Of a stretch of 64,000 nucleotides of DNA, positions 30,570 through 38,562 are shown in pieces. The first letter of the stretch is position 1; each line of letters opens with the position of its first letter. The DNA lies in assembly GCA_026397015.1 (NCBI GenBank), contig JAPLVR010000001.1, forward strand, positions 21,745 through 85,744, written 5' to 3'. A model generated the notes under the pieces. That model was not told the DNA's origin. It saw nothing but the letters and a program-made list of their open reading frames with translations, and searched no databases. This stretch comes from Candidatus Iainarchaeum sp. (lineage in GTDB: Archaea; Iainarchaeota; Iainarchaeia; Iainarchaeales; JAAZKV01). Both the position numbers and the translations under genes were made by a program.

Positions 30570-31298
30570 TTGGTCGTTAAACACAGAAGTTTTTTAGTAG
30601 TACTTGGGATTTTTTCGGCTTTAACTTTGGGGTTAATTGTTACATCTCTTGCTTTTTTGCCAACTAGCTTGGGACCGGTAACTGTTGATAAAAATATTGC
30701 GATTGTAGGGTTTGTTTTAGACATTTGTGTAGCGCTTGGAACAGTTGGCGTTTTGATTTGGGTTGTTTATGAAAAGGCAGAAAATGAAACTAAACTTCTT
30801 GTTGAATTCGAAGATATGCGTCCGTTTGTTACAAAAAACATAAAAGTTTTAGGAACTGACATTATAAATGACTGGTATCGTTTAAGGATAAAAAATATTG
30901 GAGAAACAACCGCGAAAAATGTTTATTCCAGACTAATGTCAATCAAAAGATTGGATTCGGGCCAGCCGATTGATTATGATCCTCACACCCTGCATTGGGT
31001 CGGGATGCGTCCAGTAACGTCTGGAGGAAAGCAGGTGTTAGTTAGAGAATATTTGCCAAGAAATTTTGCATCAAAGGATGAAGATTTTGTTGATTTATTC
31101 TATGTTGATTATCCTCAAAGATTGGTTGTCATTGCAGATGATAACATTCCAAGAGGCAATATTGGTGCAATAAGTGATTCTGGAAAATATCGTTTCAAGA
31201 TAAATGTTTTTTGTGATAATGCCGAAATTGTTTCTATTGAAAAAACATTTACTTTTACTTTTGGAGAAGTCCCGATTTCAGTAAAATTAGAAGCATAA
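30570..31298 (+). CDS. Membrane-anchored (2 TM) protein with a beta-rich C-terminal domain
   Basis: Two N-terminal hydrophobic helices. No known motif. Confidence 0.5.
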   Translation: MVVKHRSFLVVLGIFSALTLGLIVTSLAFLPTSLGPVTVDKNIAIVGFVLDICVALGTVGVLIWVVYEKAENETKLLVEFEDMRPFVTKNIKVLGTDIINDWYRLRIKNIGETTAKNVYSRLMSIKRLDSGQPIDYDPHTLHWVGMRPVTSGGKQVLVREYLPRNFASKDEDFVDLFYVDYPQRLVVIADDNIPRGNIGAISDSGKYRFKINVFCDNAEIVSIEKTFTFTFGEVPISVKLEA

Positions 31299-31336
31299 CG
31301 TATTTTTTGTTGAATAGACCTTCTGCTTTTGTCATT

Positions 31337-31370
31337 GTTTTCAAAAAGCAGTTGCGTGACCCGGGCGGGA
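31337..31370 (+). repeat. Island intergenic repeat, copy A
   Basis: GTTTTCAAAAAGCAGTTGCGTGACCCGGGCGGGA. Compare copy B at 36341-36392. Confidence 0.65.
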
Positions 31371-31424
31371 GAGAGCATTTAGGAAATCAAATTATATAAA
31401 AATGTTCTTCGCCTTATTTTTTTC

Positions 31425-31970
31425 ATGCCGCCCTCCGCCGTCAAATCAATTCGAGATTTAATCTTTTGGCAGTATGCGAAGCTCGTTTCGAAGTCCGCGG
31501 GTTTCGGAATCAACGCAAGAGCCTTTCAGATGAGCACTTTCAAAAAGCTCCAATCGGAAGAAATGCAGTGGTCGGGAACAATCAGGGAGTATGTTAAGGA
31601 GCACGAAAAGCCGAACGAGTGCATTTATTGCGGCGTGAAAACTAATCTGACTCTTGAGCATATTCTTCCGAAGTGCTGCGGCGGCCCGGATTCTACTGAT
31701 AATTCGGTTTGGATTTGCAAGTCCTGCAATTCAAAGAAAGGCGGAAAGCGCCTTTACGAATATTTCGGATTGGGAAACAAGGATAAAATACCGAGGATAG
31801 CGGAAGGAAAATACTTGAAACTGCTTTATTCTTTGCACGAGAAAAAAGGCACGCTGAATGAAACCGATTTGTCGAAATTTTGCGAGGTTTGCGATTTGGG
31901 CGCGAAATGCCCGAAAAAGGCGAAATTGACGGTTTATTGCCTGGAAGGAGCGTTTCAGAAACAAAATTAA
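31425..31970 (+). CDS. HNH endonuclease
   Basis: CIYCGVKTNLTLEHILPKCCGGPDSTDNSVWICKSCNSKKG (CxxC...H...N...CxxC). Confidence 0.8.
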   Translation: MPPSAVKSIRDLIFWQYAKLVSKSAGFGINARAFQMSTFKKLQSEEMQWSGTIREYVKEHEKPNECIYCGVKTNLTLEHILPKCCGGPDSTDNSVWICKSCNSKKGGKRLYEYFGLGNKDKIPRIAEGKYLKLLYSLHEKKGTLNETDLSKFCEVCDLGAKCPKKAKLTVYCLEGAFQKQN

Positions 31971-31990
31971 TGCAATTTGTTGATAGATTG

Positions 31991-32695
31991 TTAATTTTTC
32001 TTCTTGAATCGCAGAACACCAACAATAATGTAGGTTTTCGGGCTTTTGTGGATATTTCCGACAAGGAAATATGTTTTCCACTCTTTGTCGGTTAAACGCA
32101 GGTTGTCGAAGACTTTTTTGCAGTGCTCTTTGCTGTCGGGGTTCTTTCTCATCCATTCGTAACAGCCCCATTCGACGATTTGCTGTTTGTGCTGCGGGTT
32201 CTTGCACGAGCATTTTGCTGTGCATTCATAAACTACATATGGTTTGAATTTGAATTCGTTTTGGTTTATTATATAATAATCTGGATCGAAAAGTTTGGTC
32301 TGGATTGATGTTGCCGAGTTTTGTGTGACAAGCTCAAAGTCAATGATTTTTGGTTCAATTACCCCGAAACTTTTTCTCGCCTTAATAAGGTCTCCAAGGT
32401 TGTCTTTTGCGAGTGATTGTATTAATTTGCTTCTTTCTTCTTTTGGATATTCGCTTTTTTTTCTAATCCATTTTTCGATTCTCTGCCAGTCCTCTTTTGA
32501 GCGGTAAATTTTCCAGGTATTTTCTCTGTGGTCCTGAGTATTTAGCTCGACGGTAGCATCAAAGACATCCCACTGGCGAAGCAACTTTTTTGGAATCGGG
32601 TAAAGTCTTACGAGGCCGTGTTCTTTTGAGTAAGCGCAAACGCATCTTGATATTCGGCCGCCGCTCAAACTGTTTGGTGCGCCTTGGCCTAACAT
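31991..32695 (-). CDS. Hypothetical 234-aa Cys/His-rich protein
   Basis: ECTAKCSCKNPQHKQQIVEWGCYEW...HCKK. Start ATG 32695 lies 20 nt after the DUF488 gene stop. Confidence 0.5.
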   Translation of the reverse strand: MLGQGAPNSLSGGRISRCVCAYSKEHGLVRLYPIPKKLLRQWDVFDATVELNTQDHRENTWKIYRSKEDWQRIEKWIRKKSEYPKEERSKLIQSLAKDNLGDLIKARKSFGVIEPKIIDFELVTQNSATSIQTKLFDPDYYIINQNEFKFKPYVVYECTAKCSCKNPQHKQQIVEWGCYEWMRKNPDSKEHCKKVFDNLRLTDKEWKTYFLVGNIHKSPKTYIIVGVLRFKKKN

Positions 32696-32715
32696 GACCA
32701 AGTCTTTGAGTTCAA

Positions 32716-33549
32716 TCAAATGTGAACAACCTCGTGGTTCAAAAAATCGCTTAAGACTCCGCGATGGCAAAAATCCTTGTCCGCTTCGAAGCACATGAGG
32801 GCAATTTTTTCCTTTTTACCGAGGGATTCCAGTTCGGTTATTTTTTCCTTTTTATCAGGCAAGGATGCTTCGTATTCTTTGAACAGTTCCTTGTAATCTT
32901 CTTCGGAATTCAGTTCCTTCCTTTTTTCGGATTCTATTCCGAGTTCGGGAAAATGAATGTATCTTATATTGACGTCGGCTAAATGTTTCGATAAACTATT
33001 TTTTGAAAATCCTTTTTTCATGCTCATTGCATTTTTTCTTACGTCAACCAAAATTGAAATCTTGTTTTTGACCAATTCGTTAAGGAATCCGTCCAGTGTT
33101 TTTCCTTCGTATCCGATTGAGCAGACGCCTTTCTCAGGCCCACCTTTTTCCATTCTTGGCGAATCACTATTGATTGTAAATTCTACAAAATTTGCATAAA
33201 CAAAATTTTTTATTGCATCAGTAGTTGGATGTTCTTCAACTATACGGCCGGCTTCTGAATTGATTTCATTGGCATTATCAATTTTGTTTATTAATTCTAT
33301 TCCATTCTTGGTTAGTTCCAATCTATTTTCGTTAAGAAGCCCCTCACTTTCAAGATAAGAAAGGTCGGCATAAATTTGATTAGAAAACGGCCCGTATTTG
33401 TACGGGAAAAAGTCGTAGCCGATTTTTTCAAACCCGAACTTTTGCCTCAGCAAAAAAATAGTTTTAACTAGGTATGTCTTTGACCTAATTTTCCTTTCAC
33501 TCAGCTTTTTAATTATTTGAAGCAATAGTTTTTGCCTTCTGTAAAGCAT
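32716..33549 (-). CDS. wHTH (YwgA/SocA-like) N-terminal domain fused to DUF488
   Basis: N-terminal FPYKYGPFSNQIYADLSYLESEGLL. C-terminal IGYEGKTLDGFLNELVKNKISILVDVR...ALMCFEADKDFCHRGVL is a typical DUF488 pattern. Confidence 0.7.
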   Translation of the reverse strand: MLYRRQKLLLQIIKKLSERKIRSKTYLVKTIFLLRQKFGFEKIGYDFFPYKYGPFSNQIYADLSYLESEGLLNENRLELTKNGIELINKIDNANEINSEAGRIVEEHPTTDAIKNFVYANFVEFTINSDSPRMEKGGPEKGVCSIGYEGKTLDGFLNELVKNKISILVDVRKNAMSMKKGFSKNSLSKHLADVNIRYIHFPELGIESEKRKELNSEEDYKELFKEYEASLPDKKEKITELESLGKKEKIALMCFEADKDFCHRGVLSDFLNHEVVHI

Positions 33550-33621
33550 GCAATAAATAGTGATTTATGGTATATAAATTATTCGTAACCTTTCTGCTGG
33601 TGACGAAATTTCAAAGCCTTG

Positions 33622-33658
33622 AATCCTCCCAAAATCGCGTTTTTAAAAAGCAGTCCCG
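33622..33658 (+). repeat. Island intergenic repeat, copy C
   Basis: AATCCTCCCAAAATCGCGTTTTTAAAAAGCAGTCCCG. Confidence 0.6.
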
Positions 33659-33681
33659 AACCCTGTTCGGCTTGGAGCGTT

Positions 33682-33763
33682 CAGCCTTTTTTTCGAAAAA
33701 AAGCCGTGGCACCCTGCAGGGTGTCACGCTTCGTCCCCTAAGGGGACTTAGTGGCGAAAAAAA
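33682..33763 (+). repeat. Expanded hairpin element
   Basis: The T7/A7 hairpin CAGCCTTTTTTTCGAAAAAAAGCC is followed by two extra hairpins (GTGGCACCCTGCAGGGTGTCAC and GTCCCCTAAGGGGAC) and then GGCGAAAAAAA. Confidence 0.65.
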
Positions 33764-33848
33764 TGCGCTAATAATACTAACAAAATAATTAAAACAAAAA
33801 AGCTAAGAAAAAAATAATACGCTCGTTAAATCTTTAAAACCACGAATC

Positions 33849-34142
33849 TTACCAATTTTTTCTCACTGTTTTTGCAATTCTTTTTCCGGTTTTTGGGTCG
33901 TATTCTATAAGGACACTTTTTCTTAGGCCGCCTTCTAAAGAAGTATATTCCTTTTCATAAGACTGCCTTACTCCCTCACGAGTCCATTTTTTGGTTTTAC
34001 TCAGTCTCGCATACGGAGAAAATAGCGATGCTAATATTCGTTTGCCGCTCTTTTCGAAGCCGTGGACATATTGTTCTAATCCGCCTTTACCTTGCCTTGC
34101 CCCTCTCATTGCCCTGTCACTCAAAAACCTCTTTATCGGCAT
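33849..34142 (-). CDS. Hypothetical 97-aa basic protein
   Basis: ATG 34142 with TTTTATATATT ~30 nt upstream. Confidence 0.35.
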   Translation of the reverse strand: MPIKRFLSDRAMRGARQGKGGLEQYVHGFEKSGKRILASLFSPYARLSKTKKWTREGVRQSYEKEYTSLEGGLRKSVLIEYDPKTGKRIAKTVRKNW

Positions 34143-34181
34143 CCAATCACCATTAATAAGACTCAACCCAAATATATAAAA

Positions 34182-34226
34182 CTTTCCAAACCGCGTTTTT
34201 GCGGAAGAGCAGTCGGGTAACCTGGG
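34182..34226 (+). repeat. Island intergenic repeat, copy D (degenerate)
   Basis: CTTTCCAAACCGCGTTTTTGCGGAAGAGCAGTCGGGTAACCTGGG. Confidence 0.5.
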
Positions 34227-34304
34227 AACATTTGAGCGTGTATTCTTCAAACCGGCACCGCGCCCCCGATTAATTTAAAACCCTAAATTTGCTTATTTTT
34301 AGGC

Positions 34305-35477
34305 ATGGCAATCTATTCGCATTCGAAATTGGCTGCTTTTGAGGATTGCAGGTACAAGTACAAATTGTGCTACATTGACGGGATTAAGTTTGAGCGGGCC
34401 AAGGCGGCGCATTTGGTGCTTGGCGGCGTTGTTCACGGGGTTTTGGAAAAGCTTTACTCCGATTTAAAGTACCAAAAAACCGATTCTTTGAAGGATTTGC
34501 TGGATTTTTTTGACGATTGCTGGGAGAAAGAGTGGACTGATGAAGTAATTAACCCGAAAGAAAGCGAAGGCATTACCGAAGAGCACTTTAAGTCCATGGG
34601 AAAAAAGTATATTGAGGAATATTACGGCCGCTACAAACCCTTTAACCAAATCAAAATAATTGGTTTAGAAACACAGGACAAACTAAAACTAAAGAACGGG
34701 AGCTATTATCATATCAGAATCGACAAATTGGCCTGCGACGGGGACACATACTACGTTTGCGACTACAAAACCAACTTAGGCATGAAAGACCAGAGTGATG
34801 CCGACCAGGACCGGCAGCTGGCAATGTATTCTTTGTGGGTAAAGAAAACGTTCAGGGATGCTAAAAAGATAGTTTTGTTGTGGCACATGCTGGCTTTCGA
34901 CAAGGAAGTGGCCTCGGAAAGAACTGCTGAACACCTCGAAAAACTTGAAGACGAAGTGGTAAAACTGATAGAAGAAATCGAGTCAACCAAGCAATTTCCG
35001 ACAAACGTTACCGGAAGATGCGATTACTGCGAATACAAACAAATGTGCCCGAGTTTTAAGCATGAAGCGGAGCTGGAAACAAAAACGGTGAAAGAATTCA
35101 AAGCGGATGAAGGGGTAAAACTGGTGAACAAATACGCCAAACTAAAAGATACGGAAAGCCGGGTAAAGGAAGAAGCTGAGGAAACAAAATCGGACTTAAT
35201 TGCATTCTCAATACAAAAAGAAGTAGACGTAATTTATGGCTCGAACAAAAAAGTGTCGGTAAAAGAATATGACAAAATCATGTGGTCCGAGGAAAACAAA
35301 GAAAAGCTGGCGGAGCTGCTCAAAAAAGGCGGCTTATACGAAGAATTCTCGATGATAAGCTATCCAAAGCTCAATGCGCAAATAAACGAAGGAAACCTAG
35401 GAAAGCCCATAACAAAATTGGCGCAAAAAGAAAAAGACTACCGAGTAAATCTGTCAAATAAGAAAAAAGAAGAATGA
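34305..35477 (+). CDS. Cas4/RecB-like PD-(D/E)xK nuclease with a Fe-S Cys cluster
   Basis: N-terminal FEDCRYKYKLCY, RIDKLACDGDTYYVCDYKT (D...D/ExK), QLAMY, C-terminal GRCDYCEYKQMCP. Confidence 0.8.
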   Translation: MAIYSHSKLAAFEDCRYKYKLCYIDGIKFERAKAAHLVLGGVVHGVLEKLYSDLKYQKTDSLKDLLDFFDDCWEKEWTDEVINPKESEGITEEHFKSMGKKYIEEYYGRYKPFNQIKIIGLETQDKLKLKNGSYYHIRIDKLACDGDTYYVCDYKTNLGMKDQSDADQDRQLAMYSLWVKKTFRDAKKIVLLWHMLAFDKEVASERTAEHLEKLEDEVVKLIEEIESTKQFPTNVTGRCDYCEYKQMCPSFKHEAELETKTVKEFKADEGVKLVNKYAKLKDTESRVKEEAEETKSDLIAFSIQKEVDVIYGSNKKVSVKEYDKIMWSEENKEKLAELLKKGGLYEEFSMISYPKLNAQINEGNLGKPITKLAQKEKDYRVNLSNKKKEE

Positions 35478-35630
35478 GCTCATCGTGAATTTTATATACA
35501 TAACCAGCCGGCTTCCGCAAAACTCTTATAAATGACTTTGTTGCAATAAAATAATATCAAGTCCCCAGTATGCCCTTGCGCGTAAGTGCATGGAAATGCT
35601 GGGCTTATACTTATTTCTTTGGGAATTGCC

Positions 35631-36278
35631 ATGACTTCAAAAAGGGCGATGCTATTTATTGATGGAAATAATTTCTATCACAATCTTAGAGCGAGCAATA
35701 TTTCGCCCAGCAGTATTGATTTTCTAAAATTGTCGGAAGTAGTTTGCAATAAATTTCACACTTCAAGAGTTAAAACGATTTATTACAATTCGTCACCAAG
35801 TATAGAATCCGGACAGCAGGCATACTATGACCAAATGAGATTTTTTGGAGAACTTCAGAATTTGCCAAAGTTTGAAGTAAAATTACGAAAGCTCCAGAAG
35901 CATAGCAACGCAGAAGTTATAAGAAAGGCCCATGAGAGGGTAGATGCATTGATATTATGCTCAAAATGCAAGCCCATTGTCAGGGCCGAATTCGCGGAAA
36001 CAATAAAACGAAGCAAATATAGAGAAAAAGGAGTGGATGTTTCAATTGCAATCGATATGGTTGCTTTGGCTTATTCAAATGACTATGATGTGTGCATATT
36101 GCTTTCAGGAGATGCTGATTTTATTCCTGCGTTGGAGCTTGTTCAACTTCTGGGAAAAGAGGTTAGAAGCACGTTTTTGAAGTTTGGGTATTCTACTCAA
36201 TTAAGACAAAAATTTCACAGTAACTTCATGTACCTTGATAAACAATTATTGGAAGAGCATTGTTCAAAAGAAAGTTGA
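35631..36278 (+). CDS. NYN (LabA/DUF88) domain RNase-like protein
   Basis: AMLFIDGNNFYHNL, EKGVDVSIAIDMV, ILLSGDADFIPALELV. Confidence 0.8.
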   Translation: MTSKRAMLFIDGNNFYHNLRASNISPSSIDFLKLSEVVCNKFHTSRVKTIYYNSSPSIESGQQAYYDQMRFFGELQNLPKFEVKLRKLQKHSNAEVIRKAHERVDALILCSKCKPIVRAEFAETIKRSKYREKGVDVSIAIDMVALAYSNDYDVCILLSGDADFIPALELVQLLGKEVRSTFLKFGYSTQLRQKFHSNFMYLDKQLLEEHCSKES

Positions 36279-36340
36279 AAGTCAAACCTCTCTTTCCTTC
36301 TTGTATCTTTCCAAGAACTCCGGCTCGGGAACAACGCAAA

Positions 36341-36392
36341 ATCCTTCCAAATTCGCATTTTCAAAAAGCAGTCGCGTGGCCTGGGCGGCGAG
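36341..36392 (+). repeat. Island intergenic repeat, copy B
   Basis: ATCCTTCCAAATTCGCATTTTCAAAAAGCAGTCGCGTGGCCTGGGCGGCGAG. Confidence 0.65.
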
Positions 36393-36421
36393 TCTGTGAA
36401 CGCCGTTAAAAAAACTGTTTT

Positions 36422-36823
36422 TTATTGGCTGGAAATTTTTATGTCTATTCCTGTATAGAGAGGAAACGCGTACACAATCTGCTTGAATTGTTTTAGTGTT
36501 ACCAATCCAAGATTTTTGAGGTATGTAATATCCCTGCTTATTGCTTCCTGGTGCCTGTCAAGTTTCTTTGCCAAATCAGAAATTGATAAAGGGTGCTCTC
36601 CAGTCTGTGTTTCCATAAGGTATAACAGCAAGTCCATTTTCGACGGCGATAGCAGTTTGTCGAGTTGGGCGTATGATTTTAGGTAAAGCATATTTTCTGA
36701 CTGCTTTATTCGCGACAAGGGTTTTTTTGAAAACAGTTCTTTGTAATCCGCCTCAATATCCCCCCCTATTTTTATGTGCAATATTTTATTTTTAGAAACC
36801 ATTCTCTCGCCCCCTTTGGCCAA
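36422..36823 (-). CDS. wHTH DNA-binding protein, TumA / HVO_A0114-like putative antitoxin
   Basis: LLSPSKMDLLLYLMETQTGEHPLSISDLAKKLDRHQEAISRDITYLKNLGLV. Confidence 0.6.
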   Translation of the reverse strand: MAKGGERMVSKNKILHIKIGGDIEADYKELFSKKPLSRIKQSENMLYLKSYAQLDKLLSPSKMDLLLYLMETQTGEHPLSISDLAKKLDRHQEAISRDITYLKNLGLVTLKQFKQIVYAFPLYTGIDIKISSQ

Positions 36824-36893
36824 TACGACAATTTATGATATGTATGTTATATAACCTGTAAGTTAATAAGCATTCCTGTTAGGAAATCGAACC

Positions 36894-37229
36894 TCATATT
36901 TTCCACTTCCTTTTGTATTTTTGCAGGTATTCCTCCCATTTATTTTCTACATCCTTTTTGAATTCATTAAAGCTTTTTTGGGATATTCTATGGTCGGGCA
37001 GGATGTCTCCACAGTGGTTGATGTTTTCGTAATATTTGTGGGCATGGCAATGCCCGTGTGCCGTATCGTATTTGATTATTTGGCGCTGCTTTTCTTCAGA
37101 AACGTGGAGCTGTATTATGCAGAACTCTTTCAATGTTTTTGTTTTTTCTTCAAAATCTATTCGCGTTAATATGAAATTCGCCAAATCCCCGTCAAGCGGT
37201 TCCTTTTTTTCAAATATTTTGATGCCCAT
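36894..37229 (-). CDS. TumE-like putative toxin
   Basis: IKYDTAHGHCHAHKY resembles the TumE (R/K)(W/Y)DNAPHH...HHKH motif. It lies immediately upstream of the wHTH gene. Confidence 0.5.
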   Translation of the reverse strand: MGIKIFEKKEPLDGDLANFILTRIDFEEKTKTLKEFCIIQLHVSEEKQRQIIKYDTAHGHCHAHKYYENINHCGDILPDHRISQKSFNEFKKDVENKWEEYLQKYKRKWKI

Positions 37230-37323
37230 GCACAGCGCCTGAATGGATCTAGCTCAGAGACTATTTATAGTTTTCTGGAGTTGCATGCCAGTGATAGAAT
37301 CTTGGCGAATAAAAACAGGGTTT

Positions 37324-37875
37324 TCAAATCTTATTTTCTTTTTTGTACCTTTCTAAAAACTCAGGCATCGTCTTGTACAGCCACGCATTCAAATGTATAA
37401 ACGATTTCGTTTCGTCTTTAATGTAATCAATTATCTTCCCATACTCTTTTCGTTGGTACCAAATAGGAACATCCTTTCCGTTTGTTTTTTTGCCGGAGAT
37501 TTTGTCCAGCCCCGAGCCTTTGAATTCGCCTTTGTTCATTATTATTCCGAAGGCGCGCAAATCGATGAAGGGCTTGTTCAGAATATCGACGGGGTTGAGG
37601 CTGTGCAGGGCGGTTCTTTCTTTCAAAAAGTTGTGTTCGAAGTTGAGGTTGTAGCCGGTGGGAATGAATGTGAAGGGATAATCCTCTTCAATTCCGGATT
37701 TCCGTATAAATTCGGTTAAAATTTCCCTTTCAGAGGATTCCCACTCTTTCAAAATAGTAAGTTCTCCGATTGCTTCGCCCGTGCCCCTGTTTAGTTCCTG
37801 GAACTGGATTGTAATAATCTTGGCCGTTTTCGAGTCTAACCCTGTTGTTTCTATGTCGAAGTAAAAATTGCCCAT
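37324..37875 (-). CDS. DEDD-type 3'-5' exonuclease (RNase H-like fold)
   Basis: Exo I motif FYFDIETTGLD, then GYNLNFEHNFL. Confidence 0.7.
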   Translation of the reverse strand: MGNFYFDIETTGLDSKTAKIITIQFQELNRGTGEAIGELTILKEWESSEREILTEFIRKSGIEEDYPFTFIPTGYNLNFEHNFLKERTALHSLNPVDILNKPFIDLRAFGIIMNKGEFKGSGLDKISGKKTNGKDVPIWYQRKEYGKIIDYIKDETKSFIHLNAWLYKTMPEFLERYKKENKI

Positions 37876-37974
37876 ATGAGGGAATAATTAAGCATTAGAA
37901 ATAATAAATGGGGGTTTCTGGAAAAAATGGTCGGGCAAAAGAATTATTAAATTGCTTGGCATATTTTAATTTCT

Positions 37975-38391
37975 ATGGGCAGATCAATTTTTGGCAAAAC
38001 TGACAAAATAAATGTTTTTGATAAGGGGCATATTTTATCGCAAGTTCAGATTTGGCTTTTTGGTTTCTATTTTTTGAACAGCATATCTGCATTTAATCTG
38101 GTGATTTTCGGGTATGCGAAGTCTTCAAGCCCGGTCTATCAATATCTTATGCCGGAATTGGCTTTTTTTGAGCTCATAATTGGAATAATACTTGGCACCT
38201 TTTCCATAATAGGGTTCATTCTTGCTTTTAAACGGACAAAATGGCTGGCGCCCCATCTAATTCTAATGGCTTTGCCGTTATTGCTGCAATTCATCTTGGA
38301 AATCAGTATGATGTGGGTGCTAATGCTGATTGAGTTTGTTATAGTAATAATTTTGTACGCAAAAGCAAAAAAGCTCGGCGCGCTGAATTGA
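37975..38391 (+). CDS. Small integral membrane protein (4 TM)
   Basis: Hydrophobicity pattern only. Confidence 0.45.
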   Translation: MGRSIFGKTDKINVFDKGHILSQVQIWLFGFYFLNSISAFNLVIFGYAKSSSPVYQYLMPELAFFELIIGIILGTFSIIGFILAFKRTKWLAPHLILMALPLLLQFILEISMMWVLMLIEFVIVIILYAKAKKLGALN

Positions 38392-38562
38392 GCGTTAGAA
38401 ATAAGAAACGAGGCTTTCTGAACTAAGTCAAAAACGGCTACATAACAAAATAGTTAATTTAATATATTCCGGGGCGCAATAATTTATCGTGGGTAAGACC
38501 AAGGGGTTAAGTGTACCTTGAGGTGCACGCAAAACAATGCCTCTTGGGTCCACGGCTTTTTC

